The notes under the pieces were generated by a model. The model had not been told where the DNA came from and ran no database searches. It saw nothing but the letters and a program-made list of their open reading frames with translations. A program made the translations under genes and the position numbers. Below, one piece after another: positions 47,774 through 56,157 of a stretch of 64,000 nt of DNA (positions are counted from its first letter, which is position 1; each line of letters starts with the position of its first letter). Source of the DNA: Candidatus Melainabacteria bacterium (GTDB lineage: Bacteria > Cyanobacteriota > Vampirovibrionia > Obscuribacterales > Obscuribacteraceae); contig CAVYFJ010000004.1 of NCBI GenBank assembly GCA_963767815.1, positions 501,800 to 565,799 on the forward strand, written 5' to 3'.

Positions 47774-48670
47774 ATGGAAAAACGTGTCTTAGGCAAAACT
47801 GGTTTATCAGTAAGCATTCTTGGCTTTGGTGGCGCAGAAATTGGTTTTCAAAACGCCACGCCAAAAACTGTTGAGAAGCTATTGGCTGAGGCGCTCGAAG
47901 CCGGCTTGAATGTTATTGACACCGCTGAATGTTATGTCAATAGTGAAGAGTTAATTGGCAACGCGCTTGGCAAGCGGCGAAAGCATGTGCATATATTTTC
48001 GAAATGCGGTCATGATACAAATTATATGGACAATGCCTGGACGGCCAAAGATATCGAAATGTCTATCGATCGAAGTTTGACGCGCCTGAAGACTGATTAT
48101 TTGGATCTCCTCCAATTGCATAGCTGTTCGGAAAATATTCTCAAACAAGGCGAAGTGGTTGAGGCTGTGCGCAAAGCCAAACGTGCCGGCAAGACCCGCT
48201 TTATTGGCTATAGTGGTGACGGGCAGGCTGCTTTGTATGCCATCAAGTCTGGTGCTTTTGACACTTTGCAAACATCAATAAATATTGCCGATCAAGAAGC
48301 GCTAGAGCTGACATTACCTCTGGCGATGGAACAAAATATGGGTGTGATCGCCAAAAGACCATTGGCTAATGCCGCTTTTAGATATAAGAGCAAGCCGGAT
48401 AATGAATACCATGCTCCTTACTGGGAACGCTTGCAGAAGCTCCAATATGACTTTGTTAATGGTGATATTAACTTGGCAGCGGCCACTGCCTTGCGGTTTA
48501 CTCTCAGCGTGCCGGGCGTGCATACAGCCATAGTGGGGACAGCAAATGCCGGGCGATACGCAAAAAATGCTAAACTTCTTGCCGCTGGACTTTTATCAAA
48601 AGACGAATTTGACTCTATTCGCTCTCGCTGGCAAAATGTGGCAAAGCCGCAATGGATTGGGCAACAATAA
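47774..48670 (+). CDS. aldo/keto reductase
   Basis: MEKRVLGKTGLSVSILGFGG, IDTAECY, YLDLLQLH, IGYSG. The ORF is open from 47753. Confidence 0.88.
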   Translation: MEKRVLGKTGLSVSILGFGGAEIGFQNATPKTVEKLLAEALEAGLNVIDTAECYVNSEELIGNALGKRRKHVHIFSKCGHDTNYMDNAWTAKDIEMSIDRSLTRLKTDYLDLLQLHSCSENILKQGEVVEAVRKAKRAGKTRFIGYSGDGQAALYAIKSGAFDTLQTSINIADQEALELTLPLAMEQNMGVIAKRPLANAAFRYKSKPDNEYHAPYWERLQKLQYDFVNGDINLAAATALRFTLSVPGVHTAIVGTANAGRYAKNAKLLAAGLLSKDEFDSIRSRWQNVAKPQWIGQQ

Positions 48671-49374
48671 AACGAGATCAAGAAGTGGAAGAAACTAAAG
48701 CAGCAGAAACGAAAACTTTTAAAGAATTGGTTAAACGATTGCAGGAGCAAAAAGGGTTAGTCACCGGTGCCTTTGCCGGCAATTCTGAAATCTTGAAGCG
48801 AGTGCGTGAATATGAGCAGTCCCAACAAGCGGTGACCCAGCAGATTAATTTAGCAGCAGCTCGCGGTGAGGATTTGGAAAAGCTTGCTTTGCTGGATCCG
48901 TTAACTGATTTATATAATCATCGCAGTTTTATAAAGGAATTGAAGTCGGAGCTTAATCGCGCTCGCCGTTACCAGCATGCTGTCGCTTTGTGTGTGCTAA
49001 GCATTGATCATTTCGATGACCTAGTAAAACAATATGGACAGCTTACTGCCGATGCCATATTGAAAATAGTAGGCAATGTTGTGAAGCATGGCGTTAGAGA
49101 AGTGGATATTTCGGGACGTTACCATGGTCCTCAATTTATTATCGCTTTAACAAGATCTGGTATTTCAGGTGGCGCGATAGTTGCAGAGCGTATCAGACAA
49201 CGCATTGGCGCTCAGGCAATTAGCCATAACTGGCAAAGTTTTTCTCTAACGGCCAGCTTTGGTGTTGCCGCTTATCCAGAGCAAGCAATGGAATACGATG
49301 AGCTGATTGCTCGCGCCTTGGAAGCCCAGGAGCATGCCACTGCCCGTGGTGGCGATCGTGTCCTGGCCGTTTAG
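48652..49374 (+). CDS. GGDEF-domain protein with a degenerate active site
   Basis: DPLTDLYNHRSF.. then REVD-ISGRY-HGPQF where RxxD-x5-GG(D/E)EF is expected. Confidence 0.8.
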   Translation: MDWATIKRDQEVEETKAAETKTFKELVKRLQEQKGLVTGAFAGNSEILKRVREYEQSQQAVTQQINLAAARGEDLEKLALLDPLTDLYNHRSFIKELKSELNRARRYQHAVALCVLSIDHFDDLVKQYGQLTADAILKIVGNVVKHGVREVDISGRYHGPQFIIALTRSGISGGAIVAERIRQRIGAQAISHNWQSFSLTASFGVAAYPEQAMEYDELIARALEAQEHATARGGDRVLAV

Positions 49375-49401
49375 TCCCCATTGACATCGGCTTATCAAGA
49401 T

Positions 49402-49460
49402 ACGCTAGCTGCGCTAACATTGAAGGCTTGATTTAATACTTTATTTTTAGTCAATCTTGC
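49402..49460 (+). promoter_or_regulatory. conserved island leader, copy 6
   Basis: ACGCTAGCTGCGCTAAC at 49402-49418. GCGCTA (49411-49416)-N17-TAATAC (49434-49439), then TTATTTTTA. Confidence 0.6.
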
Positions 49461-49782
49461 ATGCTAGCCGGATGCGTTTTTGGCTGGTTATGTCTATGCC
49501 TAAAGGGCATGGATGATACATTTGCAAAAAATTGAGTTCTTGATAATCGTTAAAAAATTCTGGTGCAGCAGATATTGTTTCGCCGGCAATCAATACGTTA
49601 GGTTAGGGAATCGGTTGTCATTACAGGGAAACAAACAGGACTAGGCGAAGAAGCAAAACAGCGCAGAGCACGTGCATAGAATTTCCAGTTATTTTTGACT
49701 GGAGGTTAATGCTTGGCATTGATACAACCGCTGGGATGTCACCGGTGGTCGCACGAAGATTCATTTGTACAGGAGCAAAACT

Positions 49783-50889
49783 ATGGATCGCGAAGCTTAT
49801 CACAGCGATTTGCTGATTTACCAAAGGTGGCTTAAAGAGAAATTGATCGCCTTGCGTATAAAAGTGCCAGGGATAAATGATTCCTATCCCGGTTTGTTGG
49901 AGGCGCTGAGTGAAGTGGTTGCGGTAATAGACATCAAGGATGGCAGATCGTCATTGATTGATTCTCTATTACGCAGGGAAGATGGCGCAGAAACGGACTT
50001 CAATTGCGCTATCGGACTGCTGAAAACCGGTGACGAAACAATTGGTGCTGCGTTGAAAAAGTTGTCTTCCAGCCCGCCATCGGGCTTTGCCGGCAAGAGC
50101 GATCTGACGAAGGCAGTCGGCTTCTTCCGTCCCCTCACGCACTTTGCCGCGGCTGGTCGCTGGCTGCCAGAAACTGCACCCAAAGGCGTAAAGCTTCCGC
50201 GCCGTGAGCGGGTGCCACGGAGCACAGCTTCGGAAGCGCGACGTCCGCGGACTCCACCAAGTTCTGGGGCAGGGGAACCGAGGGCGACTGTGGAACAGGA
50301 TTCGAGCTCATCACTGTCGTCGCGGCCGACACCAAGTCTAGCGTCGAATCCGAGGGCAAGACAGCCCGAGCCGGCTCCCAGCCCGACTCCCGCGCCACCT
50401 CCGCGGCCGATGCTGCAGGATCCCGCGCTTGGTGCGAAGCCCGCGGCAGCACCATTGCCATCTCCATCATCAAATGGGGTGCCTAAAGCGGATTCAATGC
50501 TCTCGATATTCCAACAGCTCAATGCCAGGGCTTTGGACTGTCTAGGGGCAATCAAAGAGCAATTCGGGACTGAGCAGCCCGCTGCTTTGGTTGAGTTGGA
50601 AATGCTCCTTCAACCACCCTATGATCATCAGGCAGATTCAATCAAATTGCCGGACCTCATTGAGAGTGTCGGGCATACCCTCGAATATCTCCGCAGTAAG
50701 TCCCTTCGGTTGCCGGATGTTGAAGCAATTATCCAAAAAACCGGGCAAGGGATAAGGCGAATGTGGGAAGTTGCTGCTAGCCTCGGTCATGATGCACCTC
50801 TCGATTTCGATGAGGCTGCGCAAGAACTTTCCAGAGCTCAGGCAGAATTTATGGAAGTCCCCTTCCTTGTGTTTCCCAAGCGCAAGTAA
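49783..50889 (+). CDS. ORFan in GC-rich island F (helical ends, Pro/Ser/Arg-rich disordered centre)
   Basis: ATG 49783 with SD AGGAG. 368 aa. The long antisense ORF 49884..50555 is judged an artefact of high G+C. Confidence 0.55.
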   Translation: MDREAYHSDLLIYQRWLKEKLIALRIKVPGINDSYPGLLEALSEVVAVIDIKDGRSSLIDSLLRREDGAETDFNCAIGLLKTGDETIGAALKKLSSSPPSGFAGKSDLTKAVGFFRPLTHFAAAGRWLPETAPKGVKLPRRERVPRSTASEARRPRTPPSSGAGEPRATVEQDSSSSLSSRPTPSLASNPRARQPEPAPSPTPAPPPRPMLQDPALGAKPAAAPLPSPSSNGVPKADSMLSIFQQLNARALDCLGAIKEQFGTEQPAALVELEMLLQPPYDHQADSIKLPDLIESVGHTLEYLRSKSLRLPDVEAIIQKTGQGIRRMWEVAASLGHDAPLDFDEAAQELSRAQAEFMEVPFLVFPKRK

Positions 50890-50951
50890 GTCGACTTCCT
50901 GTGCATGACCGATGAGAGCCGGAGGTCTCTAACGAAGGTTAAGCGATCGAT

Positions 50952-51007
50952 GACCCGCAGGGACGGCACGGACTGCCGGCCTTCCGGGTCAATTTTCTTT
51001 TTTTATT
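50952..51007 (+). terminator. rho-independent terminator closing island F
   Basis: GACCCG..(nested GGCA/TGCC)..CGGGTC followed by AATTTTCTTTTTTTATTT. Confidence 0.65.
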
Positions 51008-51080
51008 TGGCGATCAAAATCTATAACGGTGCCACCAGTATGCTAGTAGTCCAAAAATGATTATTTTGGAGAAGCAAAGA

Positions 51081-52571
51081 CTAACGATACGAAGTTGTGC
51101 TCAACGCATGGCGTAATAATTCGATTGCCCAGTCCTGTAATTGATTGCCGCTGACTGTTTGCCTAAGCTGAGACATACGATTTTTTCTATCTTCTTTTTT
51201 CATTGCTAGACTTTTGCTGATTGCCTGAGTCAACTCAGCAACGTTAGTGGGATCCACAAGCAAAGCACCATTGGCTAATTCATCAGCGCTACCGCACTTT
51301 TTGCTCAAGATCAATATGCCCTGCTCGTCCTGACGGCAAGCGATAAATTCTTTACCCATTAAAGTCACGCCTTCGGTGAGTGGGTTAATCATCAGAATGT
51401 CTGCGGATTGATACCAGGCAGCCAATTCCTCCGGACTGAGTCTTCCTTCTATTAAGCTTATCGGTTGCCAATTTTTTTTGCCATACTGCTCATTGATGCG
51501 AGTAATTTCTGCTTTTATCGAGTCGTAATAACTAGCTGCGGTTTGATTGTCCGGTTGATTTGAGCGCGGTAGATCATATAAAACTTGTATATAACGGAAG
51601 CAAGTCGCCTGCCCGTCATTGTCTTTCAAGAACTGATTTATAGCTGCCAGCTTTTCTAAAACTCCTCTGGATGAAATGAGCCTGTCAATACTTAAAATTA
51701 ATTGTTCATCCTGTTGATATTCTGCTCGCAAATTCTTAACGGTGGATTGACTGCTATTGGATAGTGCTTGCCAGCGTAGCCAATCAATGCCAAGCGGCAT
51801 TACTTTTACTTTGGTCAGGTGTTGTTCATAGCGAATTTCTTTCAGATGTTTGTTTATGTTTGCCTTTGGCGCTATCGCCTCCACAGTTTTGAGAAAATTT
51901 GCAGCGTATTTTTCAGACTGAAAGGCAATCACATCATTGCTAAGCATTGCCTGGACAATATCTTCAATTATCGGTGAATGTAAAAGCATTTTTGGTGCTG
52001 GCCAGGGGGATTGCCAATAGTGGGCAAGAATTGTCCCAGCTTGCATGGACAAAAGTGGAGCAGCCAGAGCTAATTGATAATCATGCAACCAGAATAAAAT
52101 TGGGAAGCTATCTGACGAGACTGCTAAAACGGAGCCGGCTACCAGCTCATTTAGTTGTCGCAAAGACTTCCATTCATTTGTGTCAAAGGGTTTTGTAGAA
52201 GGCAGTCCTTGAAATAATGGAAATAAATATTCGCTAAGAAAATTGGCGCAGGTGTTTAATAAGCCAGGCTGTATTTTTAAAGGATAGAAAGAGAAGCTGA
52301 GATCATGCTCTAAAGATTCCTGGTCGTTGGCAGTAGCAAACCACATCACTCTTGTATCAAGCGAACGCATGACAGGCTCAAGGCTATCGACAATTTCACT
52401 TGATTGCCCACTCATTTTTTCAGGCGAATCAAAAGAGATTACCTTTAAAACTGGCAACGGCAAGTCCAGTTCAAGTCTTTGCTTAAATGAGCTAAGAGGT
52501 AAACTTAAAATTGAGCTAGCACTAATAGCCATAAGCTGCCCCAAAACACAGCCAAGCAGGTTGGCTGCCAC
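51081..52571 (-). CDS. otsA: glycosyltransferase family 20 (trehalose-6-phosphate synthase-like)
   Basis: 496 aa. FWLHDYQLALAAPLL, DVIAFQSEKYAANFL, LILSIDRLISSRGV, INPLTEGVTLMGKEFIA. Confidence 0.7.
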   Translation of the reverse strand: MAANLLGCVLGQLMAISASSILSLPLSSFKQRLELDLPLPVLKVISFDSPEKMSGQSSEIVDSLEPVMRSLDTRVMWFATANDQESLEHDLSFSFYPLKIQPGLLNTCANFLSEYLFPLFQGLPSTKPFDTNEWKSLRQLNELVAGSVLAVSSDSFPILFWLHDYQLALAAPLLSMQAGTILAHYWQSPWPAPKMLLHSPIIEDIVQAMLSNDVIAFQSEKYAANFLKTVEAIAPKANINKHLKEIRYEQHLTKVKVMPLGIDWLRWQALSNSSQSTVKNLRAEYQQDEQLILSIDRLISSRGVLEKLAAINQFLKDNDGQATCFRYIQVLYDLPRSNQPDNQTAASYYDSIKAEITRINEQYGKKNWQPISLIEGRLSPEELAAWYQSADILMINPLTEGVTLMGKEFIACRQDEQGILILSKKCGSADELANGALLVDPTNVAELTQAISKSLAMKKEDRKNRMSQLRQTVSGNQLQDWAIELLRHALSTTSYR

Positions 52572-52699
52572 TCCTAAATAAGCATTACAATTAAACTCTA
52601 ATTGGCATAAAGATAATTGATATTCTTTATGGAATCAACTAAAGATGGCTTGAGTTTATAAGAATATAATTCAAGGATTCAGCAGCTTACAACATGGTC

Positions 52700-53251
52700 C
52701 TATAACTCGAGAAGCCCAGGTGGGACCTGCATTTCAATTCTGCCGGCCTTTACATCGACAACCGGAAAAATTTGTTCGACGAAAGAAACAATAATTGTTT
52801 TATTTTTTGGATCATTAGCTATTTTAATTTCCAAAAAATCGCCATGTTCTCCTGGCGCACCACATATAGTGCCAATCAATACACCCTCTTTTGTCCATAC
52901 GTTTAATCCAATTAAATCATTGAGCCACCATTCATTGGCTGAGAGGGATTCCAGCTCTGATTTTGGTGTAAAAATACTGGCACCAATAAGTGATTCGACT
53001 GCCGTGCGTGAATCATAGTCGTCGAGCTGAATTTGAAATTGCTTCTTGATAATCTCTATTTTCTTGATGCTAGTGCGCACTTCCGCTTCTAATGTTTTGC
53101 TGCGCAGCAAAACATTTTTTATTTTGAGGAATAATGCCGGGTTATTGGAGCTGGGACTAACTTTGACTATTCCCTTTAGCCCAACCGCACTTACTATTTC
53201 CCCGACACGTTGATCAAAAGCAGAACTGGGTAGATTGTTGTTTTTGATCAT
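52700..53251 (-). CDS. rimM: 16S rRNA processing protein RimM
   Basis: 183 aa. VGEIVSAVGLKGIVKV and a C-terminal PRC-barrel pattern. Confidence 0.8.
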   Translation of the reverse strand: MIKNNNLPSSAFDQRVGEIVSAVGLKGIVKVSPSSNNPALFLKIKNVLLRSKTLEAEVRTSIKKIEIIKKQFQIQLDDYDSRTAVESLIGASIFTPKSELESLSANEWWLNDLIGLNVWTKEGVLIGTICGAPGEHGDFLEIKIANDPKNKTIIVSFVEQIFPVVDVKAGRIEMQVPPGLLEL

Positions 53252-53304
53252 ATTATTTGGAATAGTGATCTGTGCACTTGAATCGACATATCGATCGTTA
53301 TATT

Positions 53305-53360
53305 GTAGGGGCGCGGCATGCGCGCCCGTTTATAAGCGGGCGGATGCAATCCGCCCCTAC
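53305..53360. repeat. REPIN (inverted REP doublet, opposite orientation to 6093 and 45820)
   Basis: GTAGGGGCGCGGCATGCGCGCCCG-tttataag-CGGGCGGATGCAATCCGCCCCTAC. Confidence 0.9.
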
Positions 53361-53369
53361 AAGGTAACG

Positions 53370-54014
53370 TCATGTTTTTACCAATGGCAGCGGATGCTCC
53401 GCTGCGCACCAGCGCTTAAAGAGGCTATGATCAAAATCAAATTGATCAAGAACACGCCCGACGACAAAATCAATTTGATCGGCTACCGTTTTTGGTTTGT
53501 GATAAAACCCCGGCGATGCGCAAGAAACGATGCCGCCGGCTTCAGATAGCGCAAGCATATTTTTTAATTGAATGTGGCCGAACGGCATTTCTCTTATGAC
53601 TATCATTAGCTTACGTTTTTCTTTCAGTGTAACCGCCGCTGCTCGGTGAATTAGATTTTCTGTTAATCCATTGGCAAGCGCTCCTAATGTGCCCAGACTA
53701 CAGGGCACTACCGCCATGCCTATTGTTTTATAAGAACCGCTGGCAATGCTAGCCCCATAATTAGTTAAGCTGTGCACCGTCAGTGGTGCCGATTCCGAAA
53801 CATTCAAATGCTCAAGCAGCTCAAGTTTTAAAGCATTGCCGAAATTCAAACCATTTTCTTCTTGCATCACTCGCAACGCTGCGTGCGAGACCACTAGTTC
53901 TGTTGGTTGATCTTGCTCAAGCAAATATTGTAATAAGCGCAACCCATAGATGGCGCCGCTCGCTCCGGTGATCGCTAAAACAAAAGGATATTTATCTGCT
54001 GAGTCTTTCATCAA
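53370..54014 (-). CDS. ubiX: UbiX-family flavin prenyltransferase
   Basis: 214 aa. LAITGASGAIYGLRLL, VVPCSLGTLGALANG. Confidence 0.88.
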   Translation of the reverse strand: MMKDSADKYPFVLAITGASGAIYGLRLLQYLLEQDQPTELVVSHAALRVMQEENGLNFGNALKLELLEHLNVSESAPLTVHSLTNYGASIASGSYKTIGMAVVPCSLGTLGALANGLTENLIHRAAAVTLKEKRKLMIVIREMPFGHIQLKNMLALSEAGGIVSCASPGFYHKPKTVADQIDFVVGRVLDQFDFDHSLFKRWCAAEHPLPLVKT

Positions 54015-55150
54015 AAATTACTATCTTGTACAGGTTTGTTCGGTCTGCTTGAATTCGTCTGGGCAGGATTACCAGGATTGGGCTGAGCATTATTATAATG
54101 CATAGGATTAAGCGTAGTATTTGCGGGCGGCGGTGCAGATCCCGACGGCGGATAGTTCAAAGGAAGGGCACCATCAGGCGGCAGATGCCTGGGTGTCCAA
54201 TAATTATAATTGGGTGTTGGCATTGTAGGGGCGGGGCTCAGTGACCCTGAGGCATATGGGTTATGCCGAGCGGGTGCCGCTGAATCCAAAGACGTAAATG
54301 CTCCGCCCGCTGCCACAGGCGCTGACCGATTTTCAGGGTTTCTAGGAGACGTGTTGATTCCGGTATTGTCCGGAGATTGCGAACTAAAAGGCGTTGCGTC
54401 TAAAGCAGACTCTTGGCCGGATGATGCGCTCACACCCATTTTGAATGGCGCCTCCAGACGAACAGTTAATGGAGAGCCGACATAAATATACAAATCACGA
54501 TTTTTCTTCACTAGCGATCGAATTGCCATTTTTTCCGAACTGTCCATGTCCTTCTCTCGTCCCATGATTGGATCGTTGAGTAATTCTTCCTTCGTCACTA
54601 CCCCAGATGAATTGTTGCCTCTATAGCCTCTGTTTGTTCGGCCAGGCTGTACCGTTTGAAAGCCTTGTTGCGTGCCCACATAGCCTATTCCGGAACCAAG
54701 GTGAGATTTTGATTGGCCGTATCGACCGCCATAGCCACCATACGGACCAGCGACTTCTTCTTCGCCAATAAGATTAGCTACCATAGGGAAAGTCATGCCA
54801 TCGGGCATTCTTAAGGCGGTGATTTGTATGCGTAATTCACCCGGCGGTTTTTCCTTCTTTTTGTGCGGGACTTGACTGGCTGGAATTGCTTGCACTACTT
54901 CTCCCAGCACTTGTGCGCCCGCTGGAATGAGCACATCTGTGCCATTAGCTAAGACAGGGCTCGATAGGCTAATGGTAAAACTTGTTCCTTGTTTGCTAAC
55001 CGAAGATCCAATTGTGCGATCAATGCGTCCTTCAAAGGTTGTGCCAGCTGGAATAATCACCGTTTTGCCAGCCAGGCTATCTGGTGTTTTGTAATAAGGA
55101 CTAACGCCCGGTTGCCCGAAAGCCAATGGAGGAGAGAGGATTATCAGCAT
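54011..55150 (-). CDS. secreted hypothetical protein with a Pro/Asn-rich tail that contains an in-frame REP
   Basis: The ORF is open to 55420, but that upstream part translates REPs. Likely start is near the signal-like MLIILSPPLAFG (ATG 55150). Its stop overlaps the ubiX start. Confidence 0.55.
   Translation of the reverse strand: MLIILSPPLAFGQPGVSPYYKTPDSLAGKTVIIPAGTTFEGRIDRTIGSSVSKQGTSFTISLSSPVLANGTDVLIPAGAQVLGEVVQAIPASQVPHKKKEKPPGELRIQITALRMPDGMTFPMVANLIGEEEVAGPYGGYGGRYGQSKSHLGSGIGYVGTQQGFQTVQPGRTNRGYRGNNSSGVVTKEELLNDPIMGREKDMDSSEKMAIRSLVKKNRDLYIYVGSPLTVRLEAPFKMGVSASSGQESALDATPFSSQSPDNTGINTSPRNPENRSAPVAAGGAFTSLDSAAPARHNPYASGSLSPAPTMPTPNYNYWTPRHLPPDGALPLNYPPSGSAPPPANTTLNPMHYNNAQPNPGNPAQTNSSRPNKPVQDSNF
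54225..54310. repeat. long-variant REP inside the 54011..55150 reading frame
   Basis: GTAGGGGCGGGGCTCAGTGACC..GGCATATGGGTTATGCC..GCCGCTGAATCCAAAGACGTAAATGCTCCGCCCGC. Confidence 0.85.
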
Positions 55151-55221
55151 TGCAGCAGCCAATATAGTGGACAGATGTAAGACGTTCTGAACATCTGGAC
55201 CGGCGCCAGATCGTTGGAATC

Positions 55222-55350
55222 GTAGGGGCGGGTGCTCAGTGGCGGGGAGGCATATAGGATATGCCGAGCGGGTGCCACTGAATCCAAAACATAAATGCTC
55301 CGCCCGCTGATCACGAATCCGACGGTGGGCGGACTTGCGCCCGCCCCTAC
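55222..55350. repeat. REP cluster: long variant 55222-55307 plus an inverted short REP ending at 55350
   Basis: GTAGGGGCGGGTGCTCAGTGGCG..GGCATATAGGATATGCC..CCACTGAATCCAAAACATAAATGCTCCGCCCGC, and GGGCGGACTTGCGCCCGCCCCTAC. Confidence 0.85.
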
Positions 55351-55416
55351 GATCCTGGGGATGTACTTCGGGCGAACGTGATTCGCTCCCGCAAAATTTT
55401 GCATTATCTCGTGTTG

Positions 55417-55659
55417 TCATTTTAATTCTTTATTTTCGCCTGTTCTTTCTATTTTACTGTGCGAGCTGTTCTTAAGTTTACGCAAATATTTTACTCGCAA
55501 ATATGAAATGCTTACGGCTATACCTACTATTAAAACTATAAGAATTGCCATGCGTCCCAGTCCAGCGAAAAAACTTAACAACTGAGGCAACATGATCAGG
55601 GCAGCAGCGATAAAAATTATACTGCTGAGAATGGTTTGCCAGCGTTTTGCATTAGTCAT
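55417..55659 (-). CDS. small 2-TM membrane protein
   Basis: 80-aa ORF, two hydrophobic helices. Overlaps its neighbours by 4-8 nt (operon-like). Confidence 0.5.
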   Translation of the reverse strand: MTNAKRWQTILSSIIFIAAALIMLPQLLSFFAGLGRMAILIVLIVGIAVSISYLRVKYLRKLKNSSHSKIERTGENKELK

Positions 55660-56098
55660 TCAAATATTTACTGAGGCGTTCAATTACTATTCCAGAGACA
55701 ATTCTTTTACCAAACCAGTAAGCGGCACCAAGGCTGATTGGGAAAGCAAATACCCGAATAATCGGGTGGAACAGAGAATAAATCTGACACCAAACTAAAA
55801 GAACCCCACCGACAGAAATAATCCAGCAATATTTGGTGATCAGTTCTTCCTGTTCATCGCGTGACATCTTCTGAAAATATGACGATAATAATTTGAGATA
55901 GCTGTCCCACAGTTTTTGCACAAGGCCAACCGTATCTTTCCAGATTATGGTTTCTTTTAAATTAAATTTGCCCGGGCTATTGGTGGGTCTGACCGGCATA
56001 TTACCCGGTGGGCGGCGAGCATTATTATCTGTGGTATTACCCATAGTGCTACCGGTAAAATTACCTTGGCTTTTTATTTTGCCTTCAGGGTCAACCAT
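55652..56098 (-). CDS. membrane protein, hypothetical
   Basis: 148-aa ORF with two C-terminal TM helices. Confidence 0.5.
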   Translation of the reverse strand: MVDPEGKIKSQGNFTGSTMGNTTDNNARRPPGNMPVRPTNSPGKFNLKETIIWKDTVGLVQKLWDSYLKLLSSYFQKMSRDEQEELITKYCWIISVGGVLLVWCQIYSLFHPIIRVFAFPISLGAAYWFGKRIVSGIVIERLSKYLND

Positions 56099-56157
56099 AA
56101 TTCAAGACCTCATTTCCGATTCTTATTCTATTATCCCATTTACTACCCAGAATTGCC

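Noticed and set aside
10055-51007. Interpreting the leader palindromes as integron attC sites, with the islands as integron cassettes.
   Set aside because: There is no intI integrase and no cassette array. The palindromes are much shorter than attC sites and lie 5' of the units, followed by a promoter-like box, rather than 3' of each ORF. The units have their own terminators.
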